From: an uncultured Planctomycetales bacterium
Lineage (GTDB): Bacteria; Planctomycetota; Phycisphaerae; UBA1845; Fen-1342
Length of the DNA: 64,000 nt
Reading direction: 5' to 3'
Assembly (NCBI GenBank): GCA_964462635.1
Contig: CAYWYJ010000002.1
Location: forward strand, 4,047 to 68,046
Positions 51,737-61,068 of the stretch are shown here, piece by piece. Every line of letters begins with the position of its first letter. The stretch's first letter is position 1. The notes under the pieces are model-generated. The model was not told the origin of the DNA and ran no database searches. It saw nothing but the letters and a program-made list of their open reading frames with translations. A program made the position numbers and the translations under genes.

Positions 51737-53455
51737 ATGTCGTTCGAGGTTTACGCCGGAGCCAAGCCGGGCCGCCCGCGGCTGCTCGCGCTCACCACGG
51801 GCGGCCTGCTCGCGTTGACCCTGGCGTTGGCCTGGTGGCAGGTCCGTGACACGCGTGCTCTGACCCCGCCACAGCGCATCGGGGACACGCCCCTGTCCGT
51901 GCGTCTGCCGCGCGGCTGGCAGCCCGACCCCGCCAATCCGCAGCGTTTCCTGCTTCCGGTGGCCGATCGCGGGCGACGTACGCTGTTCGAGTTTGAACGC
52001 CGGATCGAGTTCACCTTCGCGCGCCTGCCCAGCTTCGAGTCCCCGCGCGAGTTGCTGGCGCGGCCGGTCTTCGGGGGGGTCGTGGAGACCTCGCGGGCCG
52101 AGCACGCCTTCATCGGCCCGTACGACGCGCTTCAACGGTACGAATCGGTCCCGACGCGGATCGGTCGGGCCCAAGTGCGGCGCGACACGGTCACGCGCGT
52201 GACCTGCCTGCCACGTGGCCACCTGTTGCGTGTCGTCTACGAGCCGCTCGTGGAGCTGCGGCCGGCCGACCTGGAAATCCTCGACGAGGTCTGCCGGAGC
52301 TTGCGCGTGGACGACCCCAGCCTCAATCGCCCCCGCAACGAGTACCTGGAGCAGGCTGGGCTCGTGCTGCCGCTCGACCCGGCGTGGCTGGTGGTCGGAA
52401 CCGATTTCGCCGAGGTTCCCGGCGTCTTCCTGGGTGGCCTGATTAACAGCAGCCCCGAATGGGCCATCGCGGTCCTGCGAACCTGGCTGGCCCCCGACCG
52501 CACGCCCCGGGACCTCCTCGCGGACTTCGCCGCTCAGGAATGGCTGCAATGGGAGACGGCGGACCTCATCCGCGACTCGCGGCGGTCCGACGGGGCGGCG
52601 GTGGCCCACATTCGGCACCCCGGCTTTGGACGCCTGGGCCCGTCGATTCCGTCCGCGTGGGTCGTGGCCACGTCGCCGGCGGAGGCGGCCATCCTTTTCG
52701 TCTATACCGGGCCGGATTATGCGGAGGCGGTGGATGAGATTGCCGGCCGCCTCGTCGCGGAGATGCGCCTCCGCGCGATCGACGGCATTCCGGCCCCGGA
52801 CGCGGCCGTGGCGGCGGGCCGGGAGCTGAGCGCGGACCTGCGGAAGCGTGGACCGGCGCCGCGCTGGGGCCGCGAAAGCCTGGAGACCACGTATCGCCGC
52901 GAGAACCGCGACGAGATCGTCACTACCCGCCGGGCCGCCGTTCAACGCGACCCGACGCGCGGCTACGAGGGCTTGCAGTGGCGGCGCGTCGGGCCGGGGC
53001 ACGAAGAACGGATCAGTTGGACGCTCGACGGCATGGCCGCGGCCTACCGGTGGCAAGCGGACTTCTACTACGGGCAGTTGCCCGTCCGCGTCATCGAGCA
53101 GCGCGCCGATCCCACAGCGGAGGTGGTCCGGCAGGTCTTCGTCGAGCAACGGCGCGAACAGCGCTGGAGCTTTCGGCCGGGCGACTTGTTCGTGCCACCG
53201 CCGGCCGAGTCCATTATCAAGGGCTGGGTGGCCCGCGGCGACGCGCCGGCTGCCGCCCTGATGGTCGTCTCAACCCCGCTGGGGCCCGGTGTCCACAGCG
53301 TTCTGCTGCGCCGGCTCGCGCCGGATGGTCCCTACCCGCGCGTCCTGGTTCAGCAAGACTTCTGGCCCTTCGGCGCCATCGAGGCCTTCGACGACGCGCG
53401 GGCCGAGACGCACGGCGAGGTCTACCCGACGGCCACATACATCCGCATCCGTTGA
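51737..53455 (+). CDS. Hypothetical membrane-anchored protein (572 aa), no family recognised
   Basis: Long ORF with ordinary, non-repetitive composition and an N-terminal anchor LLALTTGGLLALTLALAWW. It lies on the coding strand of a co-directional gene run. Confidence 0.65.
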   Translation: MSFEVYAGAKPGRPRLLALTTGGLLALTLALAWWQVRDTRALTPPQRIGDTPLSVRLPRGWQPDPANPQRFLLPVADRGRRTLFEFERRIEFTFARLPSFESPRELLARPVFGGVVETSRAEHAFIGPYDALQRYESVPTRIGRAQVRRDTVTRVTCLPRGHLLRVVYEPLVELRPADLEILDEVCRSLRVDDPSLNRPRNEYLEQAGLVLPLDPAWLVVGTDFAEVPGVFLGGLINSSPEWAIAVLRTWLAPDRTPRDLLADFAAQEWLQWETADLIRDSRRSDGAAVAHIRHPGFGRLGPSIPSAWVVATSPAEAAILFVYTGPDYAEAVDEIAGRLVAEMRLRAIDGIPAPDAAVAAGRELSADLRKRGPAPRWGRESLETTYRRENRDEIVTTRRAAVQRDPTRGYEGLQWRRVGPGHEERISWTLDGMAAAYRWQADFYYGQLPVRVIEQRADPTAEVVRQVFVEQRREQRWSFRPGDLFVPPPAESIIKGWVARGDAPAAALMVVSTPLGPGVHSVLLRRLAPDGPYPRVLVQQDFWPFGAIEAFDDARAETHGEVYPTATYIRIR

Positions 53456-53682
53456 GCCCGGTCGGTCGGAACAAGGCCGCGGGCGGGGTCTTTTCAGCCC
53501 CCCCGTCATCGCGTATTCTCGCGGCTTGTGCGTGGTCAAGGACGACGCGCCGTCTCGGAATGGAGGCCGTGCCGGCGGCGGGCCTGCCGCGATGCCGGCC
53601 GGCCCGGGGGCGCGAGCGTCCCGCCAGGCCAACCTTGAGTGGACACTAGCGCACGCCGTACAATTCCGGGCGTTCGGGCGGC

Positions 53683-55575
53683 GTGCCAAACGCGAGTCTT
53701 AGTCTGCAACAACGCATGGGCACCGTGTCGGCTACCACCCCGCGCCTCGTCACGCCCGCGACCCCCTTTCCACGGGCAACGGTCGACCGGCCGGCATCGT
53801 CCGAGGCCGACCGGCACGCGACGTACGACGGCTTGGCCTGGTCGCACCGCCCCGGGGCGGAACCGCTCCTGATCGGCGTCCCGGCCCAGGCGTGGTGCCA
53901 GCCGGAGCGCCAGGGCTGGCAACGCGTCAAGCAGAACACCAGCCGGGAAGTCTGGCGCGCGGTCATCGGCGGCTCGCCGTACTACCTGAAGTACTACTTC
54001 CGCGATCATTGGCTGCGGGTGCTGCGGCGGCTGTTTCGGGCCGCCTCGTGCCGCGCCGAGTGGGAAGCGGGGCGGTTCGCGCAGCGGGCGGGGCTGCCCG
54101 CGACCCGGCCGGTGGCCTACGCCATGAATCTCCGCCGCGGCCGCCGTCGCTGCGATCTGCTGGTCAGCGAGGCCGTGGAGCCGGCCCACGCGTTGAGCGA
54201 CTTCTGGCGGTCGCTCATCTCCGACGACGACGTTCGCCGGCGACGGCAGGACGCCGCTCAGCTTGGTGAGCGACTCGCCGAGATGATCGCCCGCGCGCAC
54301 CAGGCGGGCTTCGAGCACCTGGATCTCCACGCCGCCAACGTGCTCGTGCAGCCGGTCGGTCCGCGGCGCTACCGGACGCTGTTTGTCGATCTGCAAAGCG
54401 CGCGGCGGGACGTGCCGGTCGGCGACCACGCCATCGTCCGCAACCTGGCCCAGCTCAATCAGTGGTTCCGTCGGCACAGCTCGGTCGGGGACCGGCTGCG
54501 TTTTCTGCGGGCCTACCTGCGGTGGCGAAACGAGTACGAGACGGCCTTCCCGCACGGACGCCCCATCGGCCTGACGTTTCGGCAGCTTGTGGCGGCCCTC
54601 GGCCGGGCCGCCGAGCGCCACGCCCGACACCTCTGGGCCCAGCGCGACCGGCGGACGGCCCGCGACGGGCGGTATTTCACGCGGCTGCGGCTCCCCGGCG
54701 GGTGGCGTGGCATGGCCGTCGTCTCCGCCAAGCACGCGACGGACGATTCCCTCGCTTCGCGCCTGAGTTTTGATCGCACGTGGTGGCAGCAGCAGCTCGC
54801 GCAACCGCTGCGGTGGTTCGCGGACGAGACCACAGGCGTCTGCAAAGATTCGCACTCCGCCAGTGTCCGGCGGGCCACGTTGCTTCACGACTCGCAACCT
54901 CTGCCCGTGATTATCAAACGGCCGCTGGCCCGCGGCGGGCGCCGCCGCCTGGCCCAGCTCTGGCCCCCGTCGCGCAGCCGGCGGGCGTGGGGCGTCGGCC
55001 ACGCGCTGCTCCACCGCGATCTGCCCACGGCCCGTCCGCTGGCCATGCTCGAACGGCGCTGGGGGCCGTTCGTGCTGGACAGCCTGCTGATCACTGAAGC
55101 CCTGCCGGGCGCGCGGGACCTGGAGTCGTATCTGCGCGACGCCCATGAGTCCGGTTCGCCGCGCGGCTGGGCCCGTACGAAGCACATGCTGGCCGGCGTG
55201 CTGGCCGCGCACCTGCGCCAGCTTCACGATCGCGGGTTCCAGCACCGCGACTGCAAAGCCTCGAACATCCTGGTCCGCCCCGGCTCCCCGCCCCGGCTCA
55301 CGTGGATCGACCTCGACGGACTCCGCCGTGCCGGGCGTTTCGCGCGGCGGCGCCGGTTGGACGCTTTGGTCCGCCTGCACGTGAGCTTATGCGACGTGCC
55401 GGGCCTGACGCGTACCGACCGGCTCCGCGTCCTCAAAGCCTACCTCACGCGCCTGGGCCGCGCGACGGATTCATGGCGGGAACTTTGGCGCGCGATGACG
55501 CGGGCTGCCGCCCGTAAGCAGCGTGCCAAGGCGGCCCGCCGAGCGTGGAAGCTCAAGCACTACGGCCGCGAGTAG
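53683..55575 (+). CDS. Lipopolysaccharide kinase (Kdo/WaaP) family protein with two tandem kinase-like domains
   Basis: Domain 1 shows VWRAVIGGSPYYLKYY...LLVSEAV...FEHLDLHAANVLV. Domain 2 shows VIIKRPL...LLITEALPGA...FQHRDCKASNILV....WIDLDG. The start is uncertain (GTG 53683 or ATG 53716). Confidence 0.75.
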   Translation: MPNASLSLQQRMGTVSATTPRLVTPATPFPRATVDRPASSEADRHATYDGLAWSHRPGAEPLLIGVPAQAWCQPERQGWQRVKQNTSREVWRAVIGGSPYYLKYYFRDHWLRVLRRLFRAASCRAEWEAGRFAQRAGLPATRPVAYAMNLRRGRRRCDLLVSEAVEPAHALSDFWRSLISDDDVRRRRQDAAQLGERLAEMIARAHQAGFEHLDLHAANVLVQPVGPRRYRTLFVDLQSARRDVPVGDHAIVRNLAQLNQWFRRHSSVGDRLRFLRAYLRWRNEYETAFPHGRPIGLTFRQLVAALGRAAERHARHLWAQRDRRTARDGRYFTRLRLPGGWRGMAVVSAKHATDDSLASRLSFDRTWWQQQLAQPLRWFADETTGVCKDSHSASVRRATLLHDSQPLPVIIKRPLARGGRRRLAQLWPPSRSRRAWGVGHALLHRDLPTARPLAMLERRWGPFVLDSLLITEALPGARDLESYLRDAHESGSPRGWARTKHMLAGVLAAHLRQLHDRGFQHRDCKASNILVRPGSPPRLTWIDLDGLRRAGRFARRRRLDALVRLHVSLCDVPGLTRTDRLRVLKAYLTRLGRATDSWRELWRAMTRAAARKQRAKAARRAWKLKHYGRE

Positions 55576-55629
55576 GGGGCCGGCACTCTCCCGTCACCCA
55601 GTGGTCTTGCGCGGCTCGGCGGCGCACGC

Positions 55630-55707
55630 GGGGAGGGCGAGGCTCCTGCCGAGCCGCGGCCCGGCAGGCCCGGCGCGCCGCGGCTCGGCAGGAACCTCGC
55701 CCCCCCC
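55630..55707. repeat. Extended family-A palindromic element between convergent genes
   Basis: ggggagggcgaggctcctgccgagccgcgg ... ccgcggctcggcaggaacctcgcccccc. The near-perfect arms generate mirror-image ORFs on both strands (track ORFs 55545..55745 + and 55553..55771 -). Confidence 0.85.
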
Positions 55708-55778
55708 GCGCCGCATGTTCGCGCATGGCGATCTGGTATGCATGAACAATCAATGGCGGTCTGGTACGCACACGCCGC

Positions 55779-55814
55779 CAATAAAGAAGGGAGCCGGACG
55801 TGAATCCGGCTCCC
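55779..55814 (-). terminator. Rho-independent terminator of the PEP-CTERM gene
   Basis: On the minus strand GGGAGCCGGA-ttcacg-TCCGGCTCCC (a 10-bp perfect stem) is followed by TTCTTTATT, about 30 nt after the stop at 55843. Confidence 0.6.
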
Positions 55815-55842
55815 GGGTGTTACTGCTAGCTGGACTGCGCGA

Positions 55843-56559
55843 CTAGCGCCGACGCAGAGCCAGGCCCGCCAGGCCGAGGAGCATCAGGCTCGCCGGCTCG
55901 GGGACGCAGACGACCTTGTTCAGCGTGCGAACGCTGGGGTTCTGGCCTTCCGCGTAGTTGACCGGGGTCTGGCCGTAGCTCAGGGTCATCTCGCCCGGGC
56001 ACACGCCGCACTTGACAGCGCCGAGCAAGAAGACGCGGTCGGTGCCGCCGATGTAGAGGTTCCACGGCAGGTTGCTGTTGCGGTTGGTGACGCCAAAGGC
56101 GGTGACCGCAACCAAGCCGGCCGGGTTGAAATAGAAGACCTCATCATCGCCGTCCCAGCGCTTGGCGCCGATGTCCTCGTCGTCGAGGTTGTTCAGCGCG
56201 TACCAAGCGATGTTACCGACGCCGGGCAGGCCGCCGTTGACGTTGATCGAGATGCCGTTGATCTTGGCGCCAACCGGCTCATCAACGAAACGGCCCCAAA
56301 CGTACGCCCACTGCGTCGGGGCGTTCGGCTCGCAGTTGAGCTCGACGTTAGCCATGCCGACCGCGGCCGGGGGGGCGCCAGCCGGCGACAGCTTGTACCC
56401 GTCGATATAATCCGTCTTGTTGCCCTTGCTGTGCAAGAAGGCAAGCGCCGGATTATTCAGCCCGTACGGATCCAGGCTGCTGGTGAAGAAAAAGTCGACG
56501 CTGGCCGTTGCTGAAACGGCGAGCGTGACCAACAGGGACAGACACAATATCCTCTTCAT
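55843..56559 (-). CDS. PEP-CTERM sorting domain-containing secreted protein
   Basis: Signal peptide MKRILCLSLLVTLAVSATA and C-terminus VPEPASLMLLGLAGLALRRR (PEP motif, TM, basic tail). The start is taken at 56559 (GGAG spacing is better); ATG 56565 is an alternative. Confidence 0.85.
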   Translation of the reverse strand: MKRILCLSLLVTLAVSATASVDFFFTSSLDPYGLNNPALAFLHSKGNKTDYIDGYKLSPAGAPPAAVGMANVELNCEPNAPTQWAYVWGRFVDEPVGAKINGISINVNGGLPGVGNIAWYALNNLDDEDIGAKRWDGDDEVFYFNPAGLVAVTAFGVTNRNSNLPWNLYIGGTDRVFLLGAVKCGVCPGEMTLSYGQTPVNYAEGQNPSVRTLNKVVCVPEPASLMLLGLAGLALRRR

Positions 56560-57010
56560 ACCCATTCTCCCTCAAGCTTTCTGTTTGCCAGTGGAGTTTG
56601 CCTCCAAACCTCCTGAAGACCATCGTCCGACGTGGGTGACGCTCACCCTTCCTCTCACAAACTAGTTTATACCCCGCGCGCCGCGCGATTGCAAGCGATT
56701 TCTTGGCCCAATTTTTCGTGAGCGCCCCGTATCGGGCAGGATCGGGTGGCGCCGCGGCCACTTCGCGGCCTTATCTCCGCCACCGGCGGCAAAAGAAGAC
56801 CGTAAGTAATTATTGCACGTAAGTTTATGAAAGAACAACCCTCCAGGCCCGTGTTCAAAGTACTCCTCGCCGCGGGAACACCGCAGGTTCCCTCGCGGCA
56901 TGGCCCGCTCAGACCGCGCCAGCCGCACCCGGCCAACTCCGGCGGCGCCGCGCACGCATGAACTTCGTGCTTGCGTGGTATCAACGGCTGGGCTATATTA
57001 TCGGCTCAGG

Positions 57011-57016
57011 TACAAT
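57011..57016 (+). promoter_or_regulatory. Candidate -10 hexamer TACAAT upstream of smc
   Basis: ctcagg-TACAAT-atgttg lies about 62 nt upstream of the proposed smc GTG, in a lower-GC intergenic region. Confidence 0.3.
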
Positions 57017-57077
57017 ATGTTGTAGGCGCGGTTGTCGGTGCAGCGGACCCCGTACGCCGACATTGTGGGTCGTTTTG

Positions 57078-60000
57078 GTGTTCCTCAAGCGCATCATCCT
57101 GCACGGCTTCAAGAGCTTCGCCGACCGAACGGAATTTGAGTTCGGATCAGGAGTTACAGCGATTGTCGGGCCCAACGGCTGCGGCAAGAGCAACGTCCTC
57201 GACGCCGTCCGGTGGGTGCTGGGCGAGCAATCGCCCCGCAACCTGCGCGGGGGAAAAATGGCGGACGTGATTTTCGCCGGCTCCCGCTCCCGCCCCCCCG
57301 CCCCCTTCGCCGAAGTGCAGCTTATTTTCGACAACCGGGGTGGGCTGCTGCACTGCGACGCGGAAGAAGTGATCGTCGGGCGGGTGCTGTACCGCGCCGG
57401 CGTCAGCGAATACCGCCTCAACGGCAACGCCTGCCGCCTGAAGGAAATCCGCGAATTGCTGCTGGACACCGGCGTCGGCGTGGACGCCTACAGCGTCATC
57501 GAGCAGGGCCGCGTGGACCTCCTGCTGCAATCCAACCCCGTCGAACGCCGCGAAATCTTCGAGGAAGCGGCCGGCATCAGCCGCTACAAGTTCCGCCGCG
57601 CCGAGGCCCAGCGCCGGCTCGAGCGCACCGACGCCAACTTGCAGCGCTTGCAAGATGTTCTAGAGGAACTGGAGCGGCGGCTGCGCAGCGTGCGCCTGGC
57701 CGCCGGCAAGGCCCGCAGCTTCCAGCAGTACGACGCCCAGTTGCGCAGCCTGCGTTCGACCTTCTCGTTGGCCGAGTTTCACGAACTGGAGCAGCAGCGG
57801 CAGCGGGCCCAGGCTGCCGCCGATGACCTGACGGCCCGCCTGGCCCAGCGGCGGGCCGAGCTGGCCGCCCGCGACGCGGAGACGGCCGAGATCGAAGAGG
57901 CCCGGCAGCGTCTGGATGAGGAAATCCAGGCGGCGGAGGCGGCGCTGCTCGACGTGCAGACGACGCTGGGGGCGCTGGCCGAGCGCATCGACCAGGTTGA
58001 GAAGCGTCTGCCCGAGTTGGCGGCCCTGGGTGAGCGGCGGCAGCGGCAGGCGGCGGACGCCGCCGCTCGCCTCGCGGCCCAGCAGGAGCGTCTGGCCCAG
58101 GAGGCCGAAGCGCTCGAGGCGCTGCGGGCGCGCGAAGGCGAGACCGCCACCCTGGTGGCGCAGCTTCAACAGGAGCGGCAGGCGGTGGAGTCGCAGGCCG
58201 CCGCCGCCCGCCAGGCCCTGGAGGCGGAAAAGCGGGCGGCGTTTGAGGCGGTGCGGCAGGCCGCCCTGCTGCAAAACGAGCAGGAAAACCGCCGGCAACA
58301 GCTCGCCCGCTTGTCCGCCCAAACCCAGCGGTTGGATGAACGGCAGGCCGAGTTGACGCGGGAGCACGCCGCGGCGGAGGCTGCCCTGGCCACGCAGACG
58401 GCCGCGTGGCAGCAGCTCGACGCGCGACTAGGCGAGTTGACGGCGGCCCTGCGCGACGATGAGGCCCTGTGGCGAACCTCCGTCAACGAGGCCGAACAAC
58501 TCGATCAGGCGATCGGGGTGGCCAAAGAGCAGCGCAGCGCGCTGCTGTCGCGCCTGTCCGTGCTCGAAGACCTTGAGCGGCGCCTGGAAGGCGTCGACCA
58601 GGGGACCCGCGCGGTCCTGGCGTGGCGTGCCGACGAGCGCGGCCGCCAGCTCGTGGCCGGTCTCGTCGCCGACCTGCTCCGCATCGACGACCCCCGCGTG
58701 GCCCTGCTCCAGCCCGTGCTGGCCACGTTCGAGAACCACCTCGTCGTGCGGGACACGGCGGCGTTCCTGGCGGAACGGCATGAGCGCGGCGTATCGGACG
58801 GGGCCCTGCGCGTGCTGGCGCTGGATCGACTCGGCCGCGGCAGCCCGCCGCTGGGCTATGGGCACACCGCGGGCGTGGTGGCGCGGGCCGCGGACTGGGT
58901 GACGTGTGCCGCGGAGTTCCGCCCCCTCGCCGAGCATGTCCTGGGTCGCGTGTTCATCGTGGATTCGCTCGACCTGGCCCTGCGGTTGGCCGCCGAAGCC
59001 CTGGCCGGGTGCGTGTTCGTCACGCTGGCCGGCGAGGTGGTCGGGGCCGACGGGCGGCTGACGTTCGGTGCGACCGTGGCGGCGACGGGGCTCATCAGTC
59101 GTCGGTCCGAGATTCGGCAATTGGGCGCTGAGCGGGACGAGGTGGAGGGCCGTCTGGTCCAGCTCACGCGCCGGCGGCTGGAACTCGACGCGACGATGTC
59201 GGACCTCCAGTTGCGCAAGGACGGGCGGCTGAGCCAGATTGCCGGCCTTCAGCGGGAGCACGCCGACGTTCGTCACCAGCAGACCGCGGCGGCGGCGACG
59301 GCCGAGCGACTACAGAAGGAAGCCCGGCTCGTCCGCGAGGAGCTGGCGGCGTTGTCGCGGGCGCGGGAGGAGCTGGCACAGCAGTTGGAGTCCTTGCGCC
59401 GCGCGGGGCAAGACGCCGGCGAGGCGCAGCAGGCCCACGAAGAGCGCGTGGCGAACCTGGCCGCTGATCTGGCCCAACACGAGGCGGCGGTCGCGCGGTT
59501 GGTGCATCGGCACACCGACGCCCAGGTCGAATGTGGACGGGCCACGGAAAAGCGGTCGGCGGCGGAACAGGCGTTGGCGGAACTCGAAGCCCGTGCCGCG
59601 GCGATTGTCGCGGAGCAGCGCGCGGCCGAGGACGAAGCCGCCGAGACGCGGCGCCAACGCGAAGCCGCCCTGGCCGAACTCCAGTCCGCTCGGCAGCAAC
59701 AGGCGGAATTGCAGGCCGCGTGGCAGGGGCGACAGGCCGCGCTGCTGGCCCGCCGTGAGGCCCGCCAGCAGGAGCGCCAACGACTCGAGGCGTGCGGCGC
59801 CGCGGGCCGGGCGATCCAGCACCAGATCGAGGAACTGGAAGCCGAACTCCACGCTTGCCAGATGGAGCTGCGCGAGAGCGCGGTGCGGGCCGAGAACCTG
59901 GTCGCCCGCGTGCGCGAGGAGCTGGGGCTGGACCTTACCGAGCTCTATCGTACCTACGAGCACGCCGAGCAGGATTGGGAGGCGGTCCGGGCCGAGATCG

Positions 60001-60647
60001 AGGACCTGCGCGGCAAGATCGCCCGCCTCGGCCATGTGAACCTGGATGCCCTGGCCGAGCTCGAGGAGCTGACGCCGCGCTACGAGCACCTGACATCCCA
60101 GCGGGAGGACCTGACGGCGGCGCGGCGACGGCTGGAAGCGCTGATCGCGGAGCTGGACGAGCGCTCGCGGACGCGCTTCGCGGCGGCGTTCGACGAAATT
60201 CGCGGGCATTTTCAGGAGATGTTCCGCAAACTCTTCGGCGGGGGGAAGGCCGACGTCGTGCTGGAAGACCCGGAGCGGCCGTTGGAGTGCGGCATCGAGA
60301 TCATCGCCCGGCCGCCGGGAAAAGAGCCGCAATCCCTGTCGCTGCTGTCGGGCGGGGAAAAGACGATGACCGCGGTGGCGCTGCTGTTGGCGGTGTTTCG
60401 CAGCCGGCCGTCGCCGTTCGCTTTTCTGGATGAAGTCGACGCGGCCCTTGATGAAGCGAACATCGAACGCTTCAATAGCGTCCTGCAGGAGTTCCTGTCG
60501 CATTCGCAGTTCGTGGTCATCACGCACAGCAAGCGGACGATGGCCGTTGCCGATGTGTTGTATGGCGTGACGATGGAAGAGCCGGGCGTGAGCAAACGCG
60601 TCAGCGTCCGGTTTGAAGATCGCGTGCGAACGCCCAGTGTGGCGTGA
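57078..60647 (+). CDS. smc: Chromosome segregation protein SMC
   Basis: The GTG start gives [39 protein letters not shown]. It has long coiled coils, a hinge region, and the C-terminal [18 protein letters not shown] and [10 protein letters not shown]. The listed ORF 56958.. has a spurious N-terminal extension. Confidence 0.95.
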   Translation: MFLKRIILHGFKSFADRTEFEFGSGVTAIVGPNGCGKSNVLDAVRWVLGEQSPRNLRGGKMADVIFAGSRSRPPAPFAEVQLIFDNRGGLLHCDAEEVIVGRVLYRAGVSEYRLNGNACRLKEIRELLLDTGVGVDAYSVIEQGRVDLLLQSNPVERREIFEEAAGISRYKFRRAEAQRRLERTDANLQRLQDVLEELERRLRSVRLAAGKARSFQQYDAQLRSLRSTFSLAEFHELEQQRQRAQAAADDLTARLAQRRAELAARDAETAEIEEARQRLDEEIQAAEAALLDVQTTLGALAERIDQVEKRLPELAALGERRQRQAADAAARLAAQQERLAQEAEALEALRAREGETATLVAQLQQERQAVESQAAAARQALEAEKRAAFEAVRQAALLQNEQENRRQQLARLSAQTQRLDERQAELTREHAAAEAALATQTAAWQQLDARLGELTAALRDDEALWRTSVNEAEQLDQAIGVAKEQRSALLSRLSVLEDLERRLEGVDQGTRAVLAWRADERGRQLVAGLVADLLRIDDPRVALLQPVLATFENHLVVRDTAAFLAERHERGVSDGALRVLALDRLGRGSPPLGYGHTAGVVARAADWVTCAAEFRPLAEHVLGRVFIVDSLDLALRLAAEALAGCVFVTLAGEVVGADGRLTFGATVAATGLISRRSEIRQLGAERDEVEGRLVQLTRRRLELDATMSDLQLRKDGRLSQIAGLQREHADVRHQQTAAAATAERLQKEARLVREELAALSRAREELAQQLESLRRAGQDAGEAQQAHEERVANLAADLAQHEAAVARLVHRHTDAQVECGRATEKRSAAEQALAELEARAAAIVAEQRAAEDEAAETRRQREAALAELQSARQQQAELQAAWQGRQAALLARREARQQERQRLEACGAAGRAIQHQIEELEAELHACQMELRESAVRAENLVARVREELGLDLTELYRTYEHAEQDWEAVRAEIEDLRGKIARLGHVNLDALAELEELTPRYEHLTSQREDLTAARRRLEALIAELDERSRTRFAAAFDEIRGHFQEMFRKLFGGGKADVVLEDPERPLECGIEIIARPPGKEPQSLSLLSGGEKTMTAVALLLAVFRSRPSPFAFLDEVDAALDEANIERFNSVLQEFLSHSQFVVITHSKRTMAVADVLYGVTMEEPGVSKRVSVRFEDRVRTPSVA

Positions 60648-60687
60648 GCGGTGTTTCGTTTCCGGATCCCTGTTTTGAGGTAGCGCC

Positions 60688-60819
60688 ATGGCAAAGAAGA
60701 AGAAAGCCGCGAAGAAGAAGAAGGGCACGAAGAAGAAGACCGCCAAGAAGCGGAAGGGCACCAAGAAGAAGGCCAAGCGCAAGGCCAAACGCTCCAAGAT
60801 GAGCTGCGGGCCCTGCTAG
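60688..60819 (+). CDS. Small highly basic lysine-rich protein (43 aa) ending in SCGPC
   Basis: Below the ORF-track size cut-off. GAGG lies 8 nt upstream of the ATG, 40 nt after the smc stop on the same strand. The translation is MAKKKKAAKKKKGTKKKTAKKRKGTKKKAKRKAKRSKMSCGPC. Lysines are almost all AAG, consistent with host codon bias. Confidence 0.5.
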   Translation: MAKKKKAAKKKKGTKKKTAKKRKGTKKKAKRKAKRSKMSCGPC

Positions 60820-61068
60820 CGGTCCAAGGAACTCGGCCGGGCGCCGCGACCTGGGACCGGCGCTGCGATCATGCTGTGGCGTGACTCGGCAGCGCGAGCA
60901 TCCCGGACGCGGGGCCCCGCCGAACGGGGCACAGGCCCACAGCGCGGTCCCGCCTGAGGGCGGGAGGCTGTGAGCGATCGACCGGCGTCATCGGCGCCGT
61001 TTGATCGCTGACAGAAACGCGCGGGGCGTGTGCCTCTTTCTTGCGCGCCCCATGCCGCGCCGCCGCGG

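Noticed and set aside
55545-55771. Two mirror-image ORFs (66 aa on plus, 72 aa on minus) encoding nearly the same Arg/Ala-rich peptide
   Set aside because: They are an artefact of the family-A palindrome reading similarly on both strands. They lie in a convergent intergenic spacer with no RBS.
60805-60819. C-terminal CGPC of the mini-ORF as a thioredoxin
   Set aside because: A 43-aa poly-lysine peptide cannot form a thioredoxin fold. Only the tetrapeptide is shared, so it is noted merely as a possible redox or metal site.
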